Source: Macrostomum hystrix
Taxonomy: Eukaryota > Animalia > Platyhelminthes
Reading direction: 5' to 3'
Assembly: GCA_950097015.1 (NCBI GenBank)
Contig: CATNEN010000007.1
Coordinates: 11,966,001-12,030,000, forward strand
Length of the DNA: 64,000 nt
Part shown: positions 12,491 through 24,600 of the stretch, one piece after another
Numbering within the stretch: the first letter of the stretch is position 1
Layout: each line of letters opens with the position of its first letter
Notes under the pieces: model-generated
What the model saw: only the letters and a program-made list of their open reading frames with translations
What the model was told of the DNA's origin: nothing
The model's database searches: none
Program-made: the position numbers and the translations under genes

Positions 12491-13731
12491 CTGAAATGGG
12501 TGGCACTTGTGTGTGGGGGTTATGAATGAGTTTAATAAGTTCAAAGCCTCCCGGTATGATTCAGTGTACAGTGCGATAAAATATCAGTTTCTTACTTTTG
12601 TATTATCCTCCAAATCCCTTGCCTGGCTAATGGGATTATTTGGGGATAAGTTGAACGGAGGCCTCCGCTGCTCAGCTTATTGTTGGCGGTGCAAGCTCTC
12701 ATGTGCAGTTTGCGTTGTGTTTCGGAATCGTGTCAGTCAGCTGAGCGCCTCCCCGCCTCTGTGCCAGCGCGCCATTTCGCAATCAAGGCCGGCCGGCCCT
12801 AGTTTTCTGTCCGCAGATCATTAATAAATGATGCCATCATAGCTACTTGCCCCTGTGTGTGGCGCTTGTCTTTAACTGTTTCATTTGCATTCGCGCATAT
12901 AGATTTTATTTATCTGGGATCAGGCGAGTTGGTCGACTTTGCGGTGACCCCCGAGCTGAAATCCCCGGCCAGTCGCTGGGATATCCTTATCCTTAATCCG
13001 AGGCCGGTGCAGCTTCCCACTCTCTCTGTGCCTCGGCTTCAATCCGAGAAACTTTCGGATTTAGTTGAGAATGAATGCACTTTTATCCTGGCTCGGAATT
13101 TCACTTTCCGAAATCCCCCATTCACTAATTCCCTTTGTCTAGCAGAAGGTGACCCTTTTTGACAATCGGGAGATAAGTTTGAGTTACAGTTTCCATGGTG
13201 ATGCGGGCTTGCTGGCTTGAATTCAGGGCGGGTTTCTGCTGCGGCTGCCATTTATTTTAATGGCGCAAGCGCAGACAGGGCGGGGTGGGTGGGGCAGCCA
13301 CTCGTTAAGAGTGCATAAGGTAAACAAGTGGCCGGCCGTGTCTGCCGGCTTGTCGCCTTGCAATTGTTATATTAACCAACATGCGCCAGCTTGATACGCT
13401 TGTGGGCTGAGGCTATTAAGTCTGCGCGGCACTGAACTTTTCCCACTCTTCCCCTGTTCTTTCTGGTCCCCAACCCGCCGGCAGGCACCGTGATATTGAT
13501 GGCGGCGGAGACGGGCGCGCTTTTTCCCGGGCAGTGGGGTGGGGCGGACGCGTCATTCTTGGCTGTTTGTAGAAATCACTTCCAATTAGATCTTTGGCTT
13601 GATTGCTGTCCGCAGCAATCATCTATCTATGTCTATGTCGCCCATCTACTTCGACCTCCGGGTGATTGTCTCCGACCCGGAGCCTTTGTTGATTTTCTGC
13701 ATGAAAACTGCATGCACCGATTTCTTATAAC

Positions 13732-13940
13732 GGCAGTGGGTTTAGGCCAATGCAGTTAAAACTTAGGATTTATGATCCGAGAGATCGAGAGTTCGAATCT
13801 CAGGCTGGGCAAAGCAAATGATTGGACTTGAGCAGTAATGAGTCAACGGCTTTTCTCACGGACAAAAATTGTTTCCCTTGGGCTGGGATTCGAACCCCTG
13901 ACCTCTCGGTCCAATGTAAAAAGCTCTGGCCACTAGCTGC
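13732..13940. mobile_element. Pair of convergent tRNA-like (SINE-head-like) fragments
   Basis: + strand GAGTTCGAATCTC (13789-13801) and - strand TAGTGGCCAGAGC...GGGGTTCGAATCCC (13876-13940) are B-box/T-arm-like. No complete cloverleaf. Confidence 0.5.
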
Positions 13941-14050
13941 AAGTATAAATGGCGATCCCTGATTGCCAACACTCAATTTAAAATGATTCCCTGATATGTT
14001 TAAAAAATGTTGCAATTCGATCTCCAGCCCCAGCCGTTTGCTCCCGTGCA

Positions 14051-16718
14051 ATGGCCGCCGAAAGCCTCAACGAAGTTGTGGACAAGCTGTATGACATCGA
14101 GGCGGTGAAGTTCGGCGAGTTCAAGCTGAAAAGCGGCCTGATCTCGCCCATCTACTTCGACCTCCGGGTGATTGTCTCTTACCCGGAGCTCATGCGCTCC
14201 GTCAGCAAACTGATCTTTGCCGCCTGCTCCGACCTGAAATTCGACTGCGTCTGCGGCGTGCCGTACACGGCGCTACCCATCGCCACCTGCATCAGCGTGG
14301 ACCGCGGCGTCCCCATGGTGATGCGGCGCAAGGAGGCCAAGGACTACGGCACCAAGCGCATCCTGGAGGGCAGGTTTGACCGCGGCCAGTCCTGCCTCAT
14401 CATCGAGGACGTCGTCACCAGCGGCTCCAGCGTGCTGGAGACCGCCGAGATTCTACGCCGCGAGGGCCTCCAGGTGGCCGGAGTCGGCGTCCTGCTGGAC
14501 AGGGAGCAGGGGGCCACCGAAAACCTGCGCCGAGCCGGCCTGCAGTTGCGCTCCGTGCTGCGCCTGACCCAGCTGCTGCGCCAGCTTGAGACCAGCAAGT
14601 CCGTGCCGGCCAGCGCCTGCGTCAGCGTGCGCACCTTCGTGCTGGAAAACCAGGTAACATGTGCAGCCTGACCCAGCTTGACCTGACCCAGCTTGACCTG
14701 ACCCAGCTTGACCTGATCAAGCTTGACCTGACCCAGCTTGACCTGACCAAGCTTGACCTGACCCAGCTAGACGTGACCCAGCTAGACGTGACCCAGCTTG
14801 ACCTGAACCAGGTTGACCTAGCTACTCTTGACTGCCACCCGCAGGTCACGATTCAGACCAGCGAAACTGACTGCGACGCAGTCTGCGACACTGAGGCTCA
14901 CGGCGTCTCGACGCTCAGCGCCCGCTGCCGGATGCCTTTTGAGCGGCGCGCCGAGGCGGCCACGCAACCGCAGGCCCGTCGGCTGCTGGCCCTCATGGCC
15001 GAGAAGGAGACCAACCTGTGCGTGGCTGCGGACAAGACTCTGGCCAGGGATGTGCTGGCGCTGGCCGAGCAGGTGAGCTGCGTGCCCTTTGCCTAAATTC
15101 TGGCCCGACAAATAGTCATTGAGTAGACTTTGAGCAGACAATTAGTCAGTGAAGTGACTGTGAGCAGACAATTAGTCATTGAAAGTGACTGTGAGCAGAC
15201 AAATAGTATGTGAGTAGACTGTGAGCTGACAAATAGTCTGTGAGTAGACTGAGCAGACAAATAGTCTGTGAGTAGGCTTTGAGCAGACAAATAGTCTGTG
15301 AGTAGGCTTTGAGCAGACAAATAGTCTGTGAGTAGGCTTTGAGCAGACAAATAGCCTGTGAGTAGGCTTTGAGCAGACAAATAGCCTGTGAGTTGGCTTT
15401 GAGCAGACAAATAGTCTGTGAGTAGGCTTTGAGCAGACAAATAGTCTGTGAGTAGGCTTTGAGCAGACAAATAGTCTGTGAGTAGGCTTTGAGCAGACAA
15501 ATAGCCTGTGAGTTGGCTTTGAGCAGACAAATAGTCTGTGAGTAGGCTTTGAGCAGACAAATAGCCTGTGAGTAGGGTCAGCTGTAGTTACGCTGCTTCC
15601 GAATGATTCTGTATTAATCGTTAAAATTGCACGCCGCATCCACTAGTAGCACCGGTGGGATGTAAGCAGCCGCTGCTCAAGCTCTGGTAATATTTCCCTA
15701 CCACAGTCTGGCACTGGAGCCACCCGTCCCAATTATCCTGGCCTCCGCGTTGACGGCCCTCCGCCTTCCACGCACTGTTGAGCCTCCGACACGCTGGGGA
15801 GATTATTGCCCCAGGGATTTGGCGCACCCAATTAGCCACTGCCGCCCCTGCTGGCCCTTCCGCTCCGGCTGTTTGCTCTGTGTTACAACTTAAACCAGCT
15901 CTGTTCTCTTCGTCTCTGCTGAATCCCATTCTCCCATTGTTTGTGCTTTATGGCAGCTAATTTCTGTCCTCAGTTTCTGCCTGTCAGATTCCTTCACTGG
16001 TATCTGCGGAGGCTGATACCAAATTATGTGGAATCCGCTGGGGGCTGAAGAGTTATCTGGAAATGCTTCGAGGTCCCCTGCATGCACCATTCAGGTGGGG
16101 CCGCATATCTGCGTGCTGAAGGTGCACTGCGACATCATGGACGACTTTGGGCTCGACTTTGTCAACCGCCTGCGCGACCTGGCCAAGAGGCACAACTTCC
16201 TGGTGATGGAGGACCGGAAGCTGGCCGACATCGGTCACGTGACCCGGCTGCAGGCCACGGCCGGCCAGTTCCGCATCGCCGACTGGGCCGACCTCGTCAC
16301 CGCCCACGCACTGCCGGGCCCCGGCCTGCTGACCGGCCTCGAGGGCGCCCACGGCATGGCCGCCGTCCTCGTGGCCGAGATGAGCTCCGAGGGCAGCCCC
16401 ATCGGCGAGGACTACTCGGCTGCCGTCCTGGCCATGGCCGGCACCCACGGGCACCTGGTGGCCGGACTCGTGTGCCAGTCAGACCTGGCCACCGACCCCG
16501 GTCTCGTGCAGTTCACGCCGGGCGTCAGCTTCTCCGGCGGCGCCTCGGACGGGCTCGGACAGCGGTACCGGGAGCCGCGGCATGTCGTGGCCCGCCGCGG
16601 CTGCGACGTTGTCATTGTTGGGCGCGGCGTGACCGAAGCCAGCGACCCACGCTCGGCTGCCGAGAGCTACCGCCAGACCGCCTTCAGGGCCTACAGGGAG
16701 CGGCTCGAGACGGAATAA
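14051..16718 (+). CDS. UMPS: Bifunctional UMP synthase (OPRTase + OMP decarboxylase), exons 14051-14653, 14845-15072 and 16095-16718, about 484 aa
   Basis: OPRT motifs FKLKSGLISPIYFDLR, RRKEAKDYGTK and CLIIEDVVTSGSS. ODC motifs KETNLCVAAD, LKVHCD, EDRKLADIG and DVVIVGRG. All introns are phase-0 GT-AG. Confidence 0.96.
14668..14820. repeat. 15 bp minisatellite (CTGACCCAGCTTGAC) in UMPS intron 1
   Basis: About 10 tandem copies. Confidence 0.92.
15105..15575. repeat. 30 bp minisatellite (GAGCAGACAAATAGTCTGTGAGTAGGCTTT) in UMPS intron 2
   Basis: Tandem unit seen directly. Confidence 0.95.
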
Positions 16719-17499
16719 GGGCTGGGGATTCGGCCATAGACAAACGCCACGGACACCGCATGCTGCTTTGCTAAACTTATCATTTGCACTATTGGTGCAT
16801 CCTTTTTCAGAGAATCATTTTAGACCATAGACATTCGGGTGAATCCCATTTTCTGAGAATCAGTTTAGACCATAGACATTCAGGCGAGTTAATTAATTTA
16901 ATTAAGCCGTGAGCCGGCTGAATCCACTCACTAAGCAACAGTTTTTTGTGCAATTCGGCATCCCCGCTCGTTCGCTTGATTAGTTTGTACTTGTTTTTCT
17001 CTTGCAAAATCCGGTTTTGTTATAACGAAATAGCCTTTTTTCTATTTTCGCATCCGCATTAAGCTGCCATAATTTAGTCATTTACCGTAGCGGGGGCGAA
17101 TCCGCAACCACCGCCCTCTCGTCTCACTTGCATTCTCTGTTTTTATGCTGTCCCAGCTGCCAAACTGATGGGAAACACAGAGCTGATTGTCTGCCCTGCT
17201 GCTGCTCGCATTTCACTACCCACCCCTCTGCGGAAGTCTGCGAGCCACGCATAAAGAAAACTAAAAATATGTAAGCCAGTTCCGCATGGCGACACGAACT
17301 GCATTTCAACACGAAATGCTATTTTTTCCTTGGCCAAGGCATTAACTTCTTTCCCGGCGCTTTGTACACTTTTGTTGCTTTTTTATTGCTCAGGAATATA
17401 GCTGCGCCTGCGGGACATTGCTTTTAATTTATGAGGCTTCCGCTGGACTGCTCTGCGCATCCATGAATGCACACTAGGAAGCTGAAATGAAAACAGACA

Positions 17500-18898
17500 G
17501 AAGCTGTAATGAATAGAGAGAATCTGTAATCAAGAGAGACACTGTAATCAAGAGAGACGCTGTAATCAAGAGAGACGCTGTAATCAAGATGCTGTAGTGA
17601 ATAGAGATGCTGTAGTGAATAGAGATGCTGTAGTGAATAGAGATGCTGTAACCAATAGAGATGCTGTAGTGAATAGAGATGCTGTAACCAATAGAGATGC
17701 TGTAGTGAATAGAGATGCTGTAACCAATAGAGATGCTGTAACCAATAGAGATGCTGTAGTGAATAGAGATGCTGTAGTGAATAGAGATGCTGTAACCAAT
17801 AGAGATGCTGTAGTGAATAGAGATGCTGTAACCAATAGAGATGCTGTAACCAATAGAGATGCTGTAGTGAATAGAGATGCTGTAACCAATAGAGATGCTG
17901 TAGTGAATAGAGATGCTGTAACCAATAGAGATGCTGTAACCAATAGAGATGCTGTAGTGAATAGAGATGCTGTAACCAATAGAGATGCTGTAGTGAATTG
18001 AGAGGCTGTAGTGAATAGAGATGCTGTAACCAATAGAGATGCTGTAACCAATAGAGATGCTGTGGTGAATAGAGATGCTGTAACCAATAGAGATGCTGTA
18101 GTGAATAGAGAGGCTGTAGTGAATGGAGATGCTGTAACCAATAGAGATGCTGTAGTGAATAGAGATGCTGTAACCAATAGAGATGCTGTAGTGAATAGAG
18201 ATGCTGTAACCAATAGAGATGCTGTAACCAATAGAGATGCTGTAGTGAATAGAGATGCTGTAGTGAATAGAGATGCTGTAACCAATAGAGATGCTGTAGT
18301 GAATAGAGATGCTGTAACCAATAGAGATGCTGTAGTGAATAGAGATGCTGTAACCAATAGAGATGCTGTAACCAATAGAGATGCTGTAGTGAATAGAGAT
18401 GCTGTAACCAATAGAGATGCTGTAACCAATAGAGATGCTGTAGTGAATAGAGATGCTGTAACCAATAGAGATGCTGTAGTGAATAGAGATGCTGTAGTGA
18501 ATAGAGATGCTGTAGTGAATAGAGATGCTGTAGTGAATAGAGATGCTGTAGTGAATAGAGATGCTGTAACCAATAGAGATGCTGTAACCAATAGAGATGC
18601 TGTAGTGAATTGAGAGGCTGTAGTGAATAGAGATGCTGTAGGGAATAGAGATGCTGTAGTGAATAGAGATGCTGTGGTGAATAGAGATGCTGTAACCAAT
18701 AGAGATGCTGTAGTGAATAGAGAGGCTGTAATCAATAGAGATGCTGTAGTGAATAGAGATGCTGTAGTGAATTGAGAGGCTGTAGTGAATAGAGATGCTG
18801 TAGTGAATAGAGATGCTGTAGTGAATAGAGAGGCTGTAGTGAATAGAGATGCTGTAACCAATAGAGATGCTGTAGTGAATTGAGAGGCTGTAGTGAAT
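17500..18898. repeat. 18 bp minisatellite with two main variants (AATAGAGATGCTGTAGTG / AATAGAGATGCTGTAACC)
   Basis: Tandem unit seen directly. It explains the NRDAVV/TASLFT pseudo-ORFs. Confidence 0.96.
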
Positions 18899-19897
18899 AA
18901 AAATAAATAAAAATAAAGTGCATAAAAGGCAAAGGGATACTCAGCTGGAGGTTGCGAAGAACTGTAAGCAGTGAGCAGTAATCAACGAGCTGGCAAGCAG
19001 TGAACACAGGTGAGACAGAGACAGTGGTCCTAAGAAAGTTTTCAGCTCAGCAAACCAACCGAAGCGGTCCCTTTGATCTGTGAGGGTCTGATAGCGCACC
19101 CGGCTGTTTAGCAAGCGGTCGGATCGATTGTCTGCCAGCTCCCGCCTGTCTGGGTGGGCAGTTTGTTTTTACTGCAGCCGCGCCTCATTCCCAATGCACT
19201 TATCACGGGGCTCATCAAACCGCGGCGACATTGTTAATGCCAGTTTAAATAAATTGGGATCGGGATCTGTCACCGATGGCGCTTGTCGCAGCGCAACCCA
19301 ATCCTTCATGGGGATCTGCGGTCGTGAACCGTCTTGCGGGACAGCCACCTCAGAAAATAATTCAGCCCTGATGCAGCTGGTTGCCTTCCTGCTTCCATCA
19401 ATTAGGCAGGCAGTAAATGCGGCCATTGTGTCACAGCTCGAGTGGATAATGGCCCTGCTAATTAGCTGCCGCATTTAGCAGTGACTGACGGCAGCGGCCA
19501 GACTCAATTATCCCATGCAGGCCTAGCGGAAATGTCCTCAATCAGTTGTTTGATTTCAGCTGGCTGGCAATTTATGAGCCAACTCTCAGGCTGCAGAGAT
19601 TGCGGAGGATTCTCAATTCCGATGCAGCTCGCTGGCGAGGGCGAGGGTTGACGGTCCCTTGGCACGCATCTGCGCTTCTCCGAGTTTTATGAGCCTCGTC
19701 GGGGCACTTTGAGTCGACGATGGAGTGTCTCAAAGACTGCTCAGGCCTGCAGTCAGTTATGACCGAGCAGTCTGACGATTCCGCAGTGATTCAGTTCACC
19801 CAACATGGCACCAGCATCAGCTTCGGTTGAAATTTGGGTGTGTCGTGGCCCCCTCAGTCCGTGGACAAAGCAGCTACAGCACACAGCACCGTGCCAC

Positions 19898-20486
19898 TGG
19901 CTGTATTACCTGGCTGTATTACCTGGCTGTATTACCTGGCTGTATTACCTGGCTGTATTACCTGGCTGTATTACCTGGCTGTATTACCTGGCTGTATTAC
20001 CTGGCTGTATTACCTGGCTGTATTACCTGGCTGTATTACCTGGCTGTATTACCTGGCTGTATTACCTGGCTGTATTACATGACTGTATTACCTGGCTGTA
20101 TTACCTGGCTGTATTACCTGGCTGTATTACCTGGCTGTATTACCTGGCTGTATTACCTGGCTGTATTACCTGGCTGTATTACCTGGCTGTATTACCTGGC
20201 TGTATTACCTGGCTGTATTACCTGGCTGTATTGCCTGGCTGTATTACCTGGCTGTATTACCTGGCTGTATTACCTGGCTGTATTACCTGGCTGTATTACC
20301 TGGCTGTATTACCTGGCTGTATTGCCTGGCTGTATTACCTGGCTGTATTACCTGGCTGTATTACCTGGCTGTATTACCTGGCTGTATTGCCTGGCTGTAT
20401 TACCTGGCTGTATTACCTGGCTGTATTACCTGGCTGTATTACCTGGCTGTATTACGTGGCTGTATTACCTGGCTGTATTACCTGGC
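19898..20486. repeat. 13 bp minisatellite (CTGGCTGTATTAC)
   Basis: About 45 near-perfect copies. Confidence 0.96.
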
Positions 20487-20629
20487 CCATCTGGGTTGGG
20501 ATTTCTGTCCATCTGGTAGTCGGGGAATAGCCGATATTCTCGGCCTGAATTGGTAAGCGGGGGGGCAAGTTGTCTAACGATGAAAAACTGGGCAAGAAGG
20601 TGAAGAGACGAGGCTGCGAGTCTTGGAGG

Positions 20630-20663
<34 letters not shown>

Positions 20664-21602
20664 GAAGAGTGTGGACAAGGGAAAGTGGGTGCAGGAATGC
20701 TAATAGTGAGGTGAGCAAATATTCAAGAGCCTGGTGAAAGAGGAAGTGATGAAAAGGTGACAAAAATGTGAGCCGAGAGCACTGCTGGTCCGTTGGGGGT
20801 TGGAGTTGAAAGCTTCAGCAAAGATGATCGCAGAGCAGCTGGGGTGGTGTTCTGGGGTGAACAAGGATGCACATGGAGACGCTGGTGAGGAGTCGAGGTC
20901 GACTACGCGGCGATTCCGTTGAGCCCGGCCGGTCAAAATTTCTGCGCGCGGACCTGAGGAAGTGGGCAAGTTTCCTGCGACATTCAGCAATTGTGGCCAC
21001 TTTTGGGCCCCCTGCCCAGGTGCCGATCGATCAGCTGTCGTGTCGCTCAAATCCCAAACCTCTTCCCCAGTTCGACTGCAGCAGACAAAACAGGAAGACG
21101 CAATCCCGGCCAGGTGTGGCTCAGCTGGAGCTGGAGCTGAGTGCTCACGAGAATGCAGCTGCGCCTCCCAAACAGCTGAGCTGACCGCGGCCAGTTTGCC
21201 AGTGAACTCACGCGCAACTCACAGGGGTTACAGTAGTAAAACTTGGATGGCTAATCAGTATTAAATTAATACCGTTATAATGTTAGCCACTGTCGGCGAA
21301 ATTTTTGTATTTGTACTTTTAGCCCGGCAAAATGTATTGAATTAGTCTTAGAGTGTCGGGAAAACTTGAATGAGAATATGCGCTCGGACAGGAGGGTCAA
21401 AATGGCTGAGGAAGTTGAAAATTATGTCGTAGCAAAATTCAGAGGAACAATCAGAGGAAAAAACAATCAGATGAAAAGGACCTCGAGTAAAGCAACTCGG
21501 CTGAAACAAAAAAGTCATCAAGCTCAGAATAGAATAATGCATCAGAGAACACTGGACTTGATAACAATGGCCTGTTCGCATTGTCCCTGGGCCGGTGCAG
21601 CG

Positions 21603-24600
21603 TCAGCCATCGAGCAGCCGTGTCCTGCCGGTGTACATGGTCACAATGTTGTAAATCATCTCGATGATCTCCACGATGCAGACGAAGGTCAGGCCGACCC
21701 AGATGGACAGCAGGCCGCCGATCTGGCTGAGCAGCGACGTCAGGGAGATCACCGCCTTCTCCTCGATGCGCTCGATGTCGAAGTTGGACTTGCCCCGGTT
21801 GATGAGGATCTCGATGAAGTTGCTCTGGACATAGTCGATCTCCTTGAGCAGCTGCTCAGCACCGGCCGGGTCTCGCTCGGCCAGTTTGTACACGGGTCCG
21901 TAGATGTGCTCAAGCTTGGCCAAGATCGGCTCCAGGTAAGACGAGTTGCGGCTGGTGGTGCCCTTCTCGAACATGTTGTCGATGCGCCTCTTCAGCGAGC
22001 GGAACTCGTTCACGATCTCGTAGAGGTAGGCGCGGGTGGGCCAGTTGGTGGTGCTGATGGTGGTCTCGTAGGTGTAGTAGGTGCACGGCGTGAAGCACTC
22101 CTCGTCCCTCTTTTCGGTTGTGTTCTCCGCAGTCTTGAAGATCTCCATGTTGCAGGTGACGCGGCGCAGGAAGTCGCGAAACTCCTCGTTGTACAAGAAG
22201 CTGGGCGCGCGAGCGCTGACGCCGTAAAAGTCCGCAACGGAACGGATGGCGGCAGCCGACTGCGGGACCGTGGTGAGGGAGCTGGAGTTGCGCACCAGGG
22301 AGAACTGCGCCTCCGGGATCCGGCCGCAGTAGATGCTGCCCGGGTGGTTCAGTGAGTCCGGCAGCGGGATGGCGCTGTCGAGGCAGCCGCACTTGCTGTA
22401 GATCTGCTCGTGCAGGAACTGCGGGCAGGCAGGGTTTGTGTGGTCCCAGTGAATGTACATTCAATATTCATAGACTGTACATTAAATGTACATTCAATGT
22501 ACATGGACCGTACATACAATGTACCTTGTTTGTTCTTTCACATGCACACTTAATGAACATCGAGTGTATATATTTTTTAACGTTTCTTCATTCCCTGCTG
22601 CGACATAATCAGGCCAGCGAGTTGTGAATACTGAGTCACGCAAGAATGACACTTTCTCGTACACCCGCTTGTTCTGTGATCGATACGGCCGGCACTATTT
22701 AGCTCTGAAAACTATTTCAAAGCAGAAGAAAGCTGGCATTCAGACCAGCTCAGGGAGCTCGATCAGCCAGCGGCACGCGCCGGCTCTGAAGAGGCCGCAC
22801 AGAAGTGGGTAGGCTCCTCAGCCGTCTCGGGACCTCCACCCGGATCTTACAGGCTTGGCTGGCTTAAACAAGTTTTATTGTTTAAGCAGCCGCTGCGCCA
22901 GCCCTGCATTTCCTACCATCTATTGTCATTGGGCTTCTCAATTTCAGCAGGCCGGCTCAACAAAGCCTCGCAATGCTCAGGCCGACCTGCCCGGCTCCAC
23001 TTGAGTTTCCTCCGGAGCACCTGCGGATTCCGGGCTGACAGAGGGGAGAAACACGAAGCTGGAAGGCGACGAAGAGTGAGGGCTGCGCTGTGGGTGGCTG
23101 CCTGCGCTGCACTTTCTAGGAAAGCGGGCCTTCCTCCCGAGCCAGGGCAATTAGCCCGGCAACGCTGTGTGGCGGGCCGCCGAGATTTTCAAAGCGTGGT
23201 TTTGCTTTGGGCCCTCGGCTTCCGCCACTGCCTCGATGAGAATTTTGCATGAATACTTTTCCGGCCCGCTAAGCACTCGCCGCCTCTCTGCCTTCTCCGT
23301 GTGACTGACCGGCGGGCTGGGGCGCGCTTGTCGAGTCGAGTCGCACGCATCGTTTGACGCAATTCAAGTTTTCCTGGAAATCAGCCTGCTGACCGAGACT
23401 GTGCTCCCGACCTCGGACACAATTCTTTGAGCTCCCGGAGCACATTTTGAAGATAATTGGGTAGAGGAAGCGGATGGGATTGGGAGAGATGGGAAGAGAG
23501 GTGGAATATAGGGAGAGAGTCGAGAGATAGGGAGAGAGGTGGGAGATGGGAGATAGGAATAAAGATGGTAGATAGGGATGCCTCCCGCCTCTCTCCCTTA
23601 TCTTCCACCTCTCTCCCTTATCTCCCACCTCTCTCCCCTATCTCCCACCTCTCTCCCTTATCTCCCACCTCTCTCCCCTATCTCCCACATCTCTCTCCTA
23701 TCTCCCACCTCTCTCTCCTATCTCCCACCTCTCTCCCCTATCTCCCACCTCTCTCCTCTATCTCCCACCTCTCTCCCTTATCTCCCACCTCTCTCCCCTA
23801 TCTCCCACCTCTCTCCCCTATCTCCCACCTCTCTCCCCTATCTCCCACCTCTCTCCCTTATCTCCCACCTCTCTCCCCTATCTCCCACCTCTCTCCCTTA
23901 TCTCCCACCTCTCTCCCTTATCTCCCACCTCTCACCTCAGTTCAAAGTCCAAAGTCTTCGACTCTACTTTTCAAATATCATCTCACCCCTCAAAATCTCA
24001 ACCCTCAAAATTTCACGCCTCAAAATCTCACCCCTCAAAATCTCACCCCTCAAAATCTCACCCCTCAAAATCTCACCCCTCAAAATCACACCCCTCAAAA
24101 CCCCTCCTCCAGATGTCACTTCTTTGAATCCACCCTCTTGATCTCAGCTTTCAAAGCTCTCAGCCTTACCTTTTTCTTGCAGGCCTGGTAGCTGTAGGTA
24201 AATCGGCTGTCCCTGAACTGCATCGATGGCGGCACCTCCGCGGAGCAGCGGCCATGTGGCGGCTCCTTCATGTTCCACTCCTTGGTTTCGAAGCGGATCT
24301 CGGTGAGGCTGCCCGGCTTGAGGTTGAGGCCCTCCTCCTGCACCTCCGGGTAGTTGCCAGCGTTGTGCAGCTGGACACGCAGGCCGGACACCTGCGTGGC
24401 GGGGAAGCTGCTGCAGTCGGGGCAGTAGGTGAGGTTGCGCTCGTTGGTGTGGGCCATGATCCTCATGGTGAGGATCTGCTTGGTGAAGTTGGCGTGCGCG
24501 GTGAAGGTGTAGCAGTTGAGGAATTTGTTGTCGTAGGTTCGAGTCCAGCTGCCGATGCGGTCGCAGAACATGGACCGCTTAAAGTCCTTGATGAGGATGG

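Noticed and set aside
13732-13940. Functional tRNA genes
   Set aside because: Only B-box/T-arm similarity; no convincing acceptor or anticodon stems.
17584-20530. Long repetitive ORFs (TASLFT, NRDAVV, LAVLPGCITWLYY)
   Set aside because: These are translations of stop-free minisatellite frames, with no splice or domain support.
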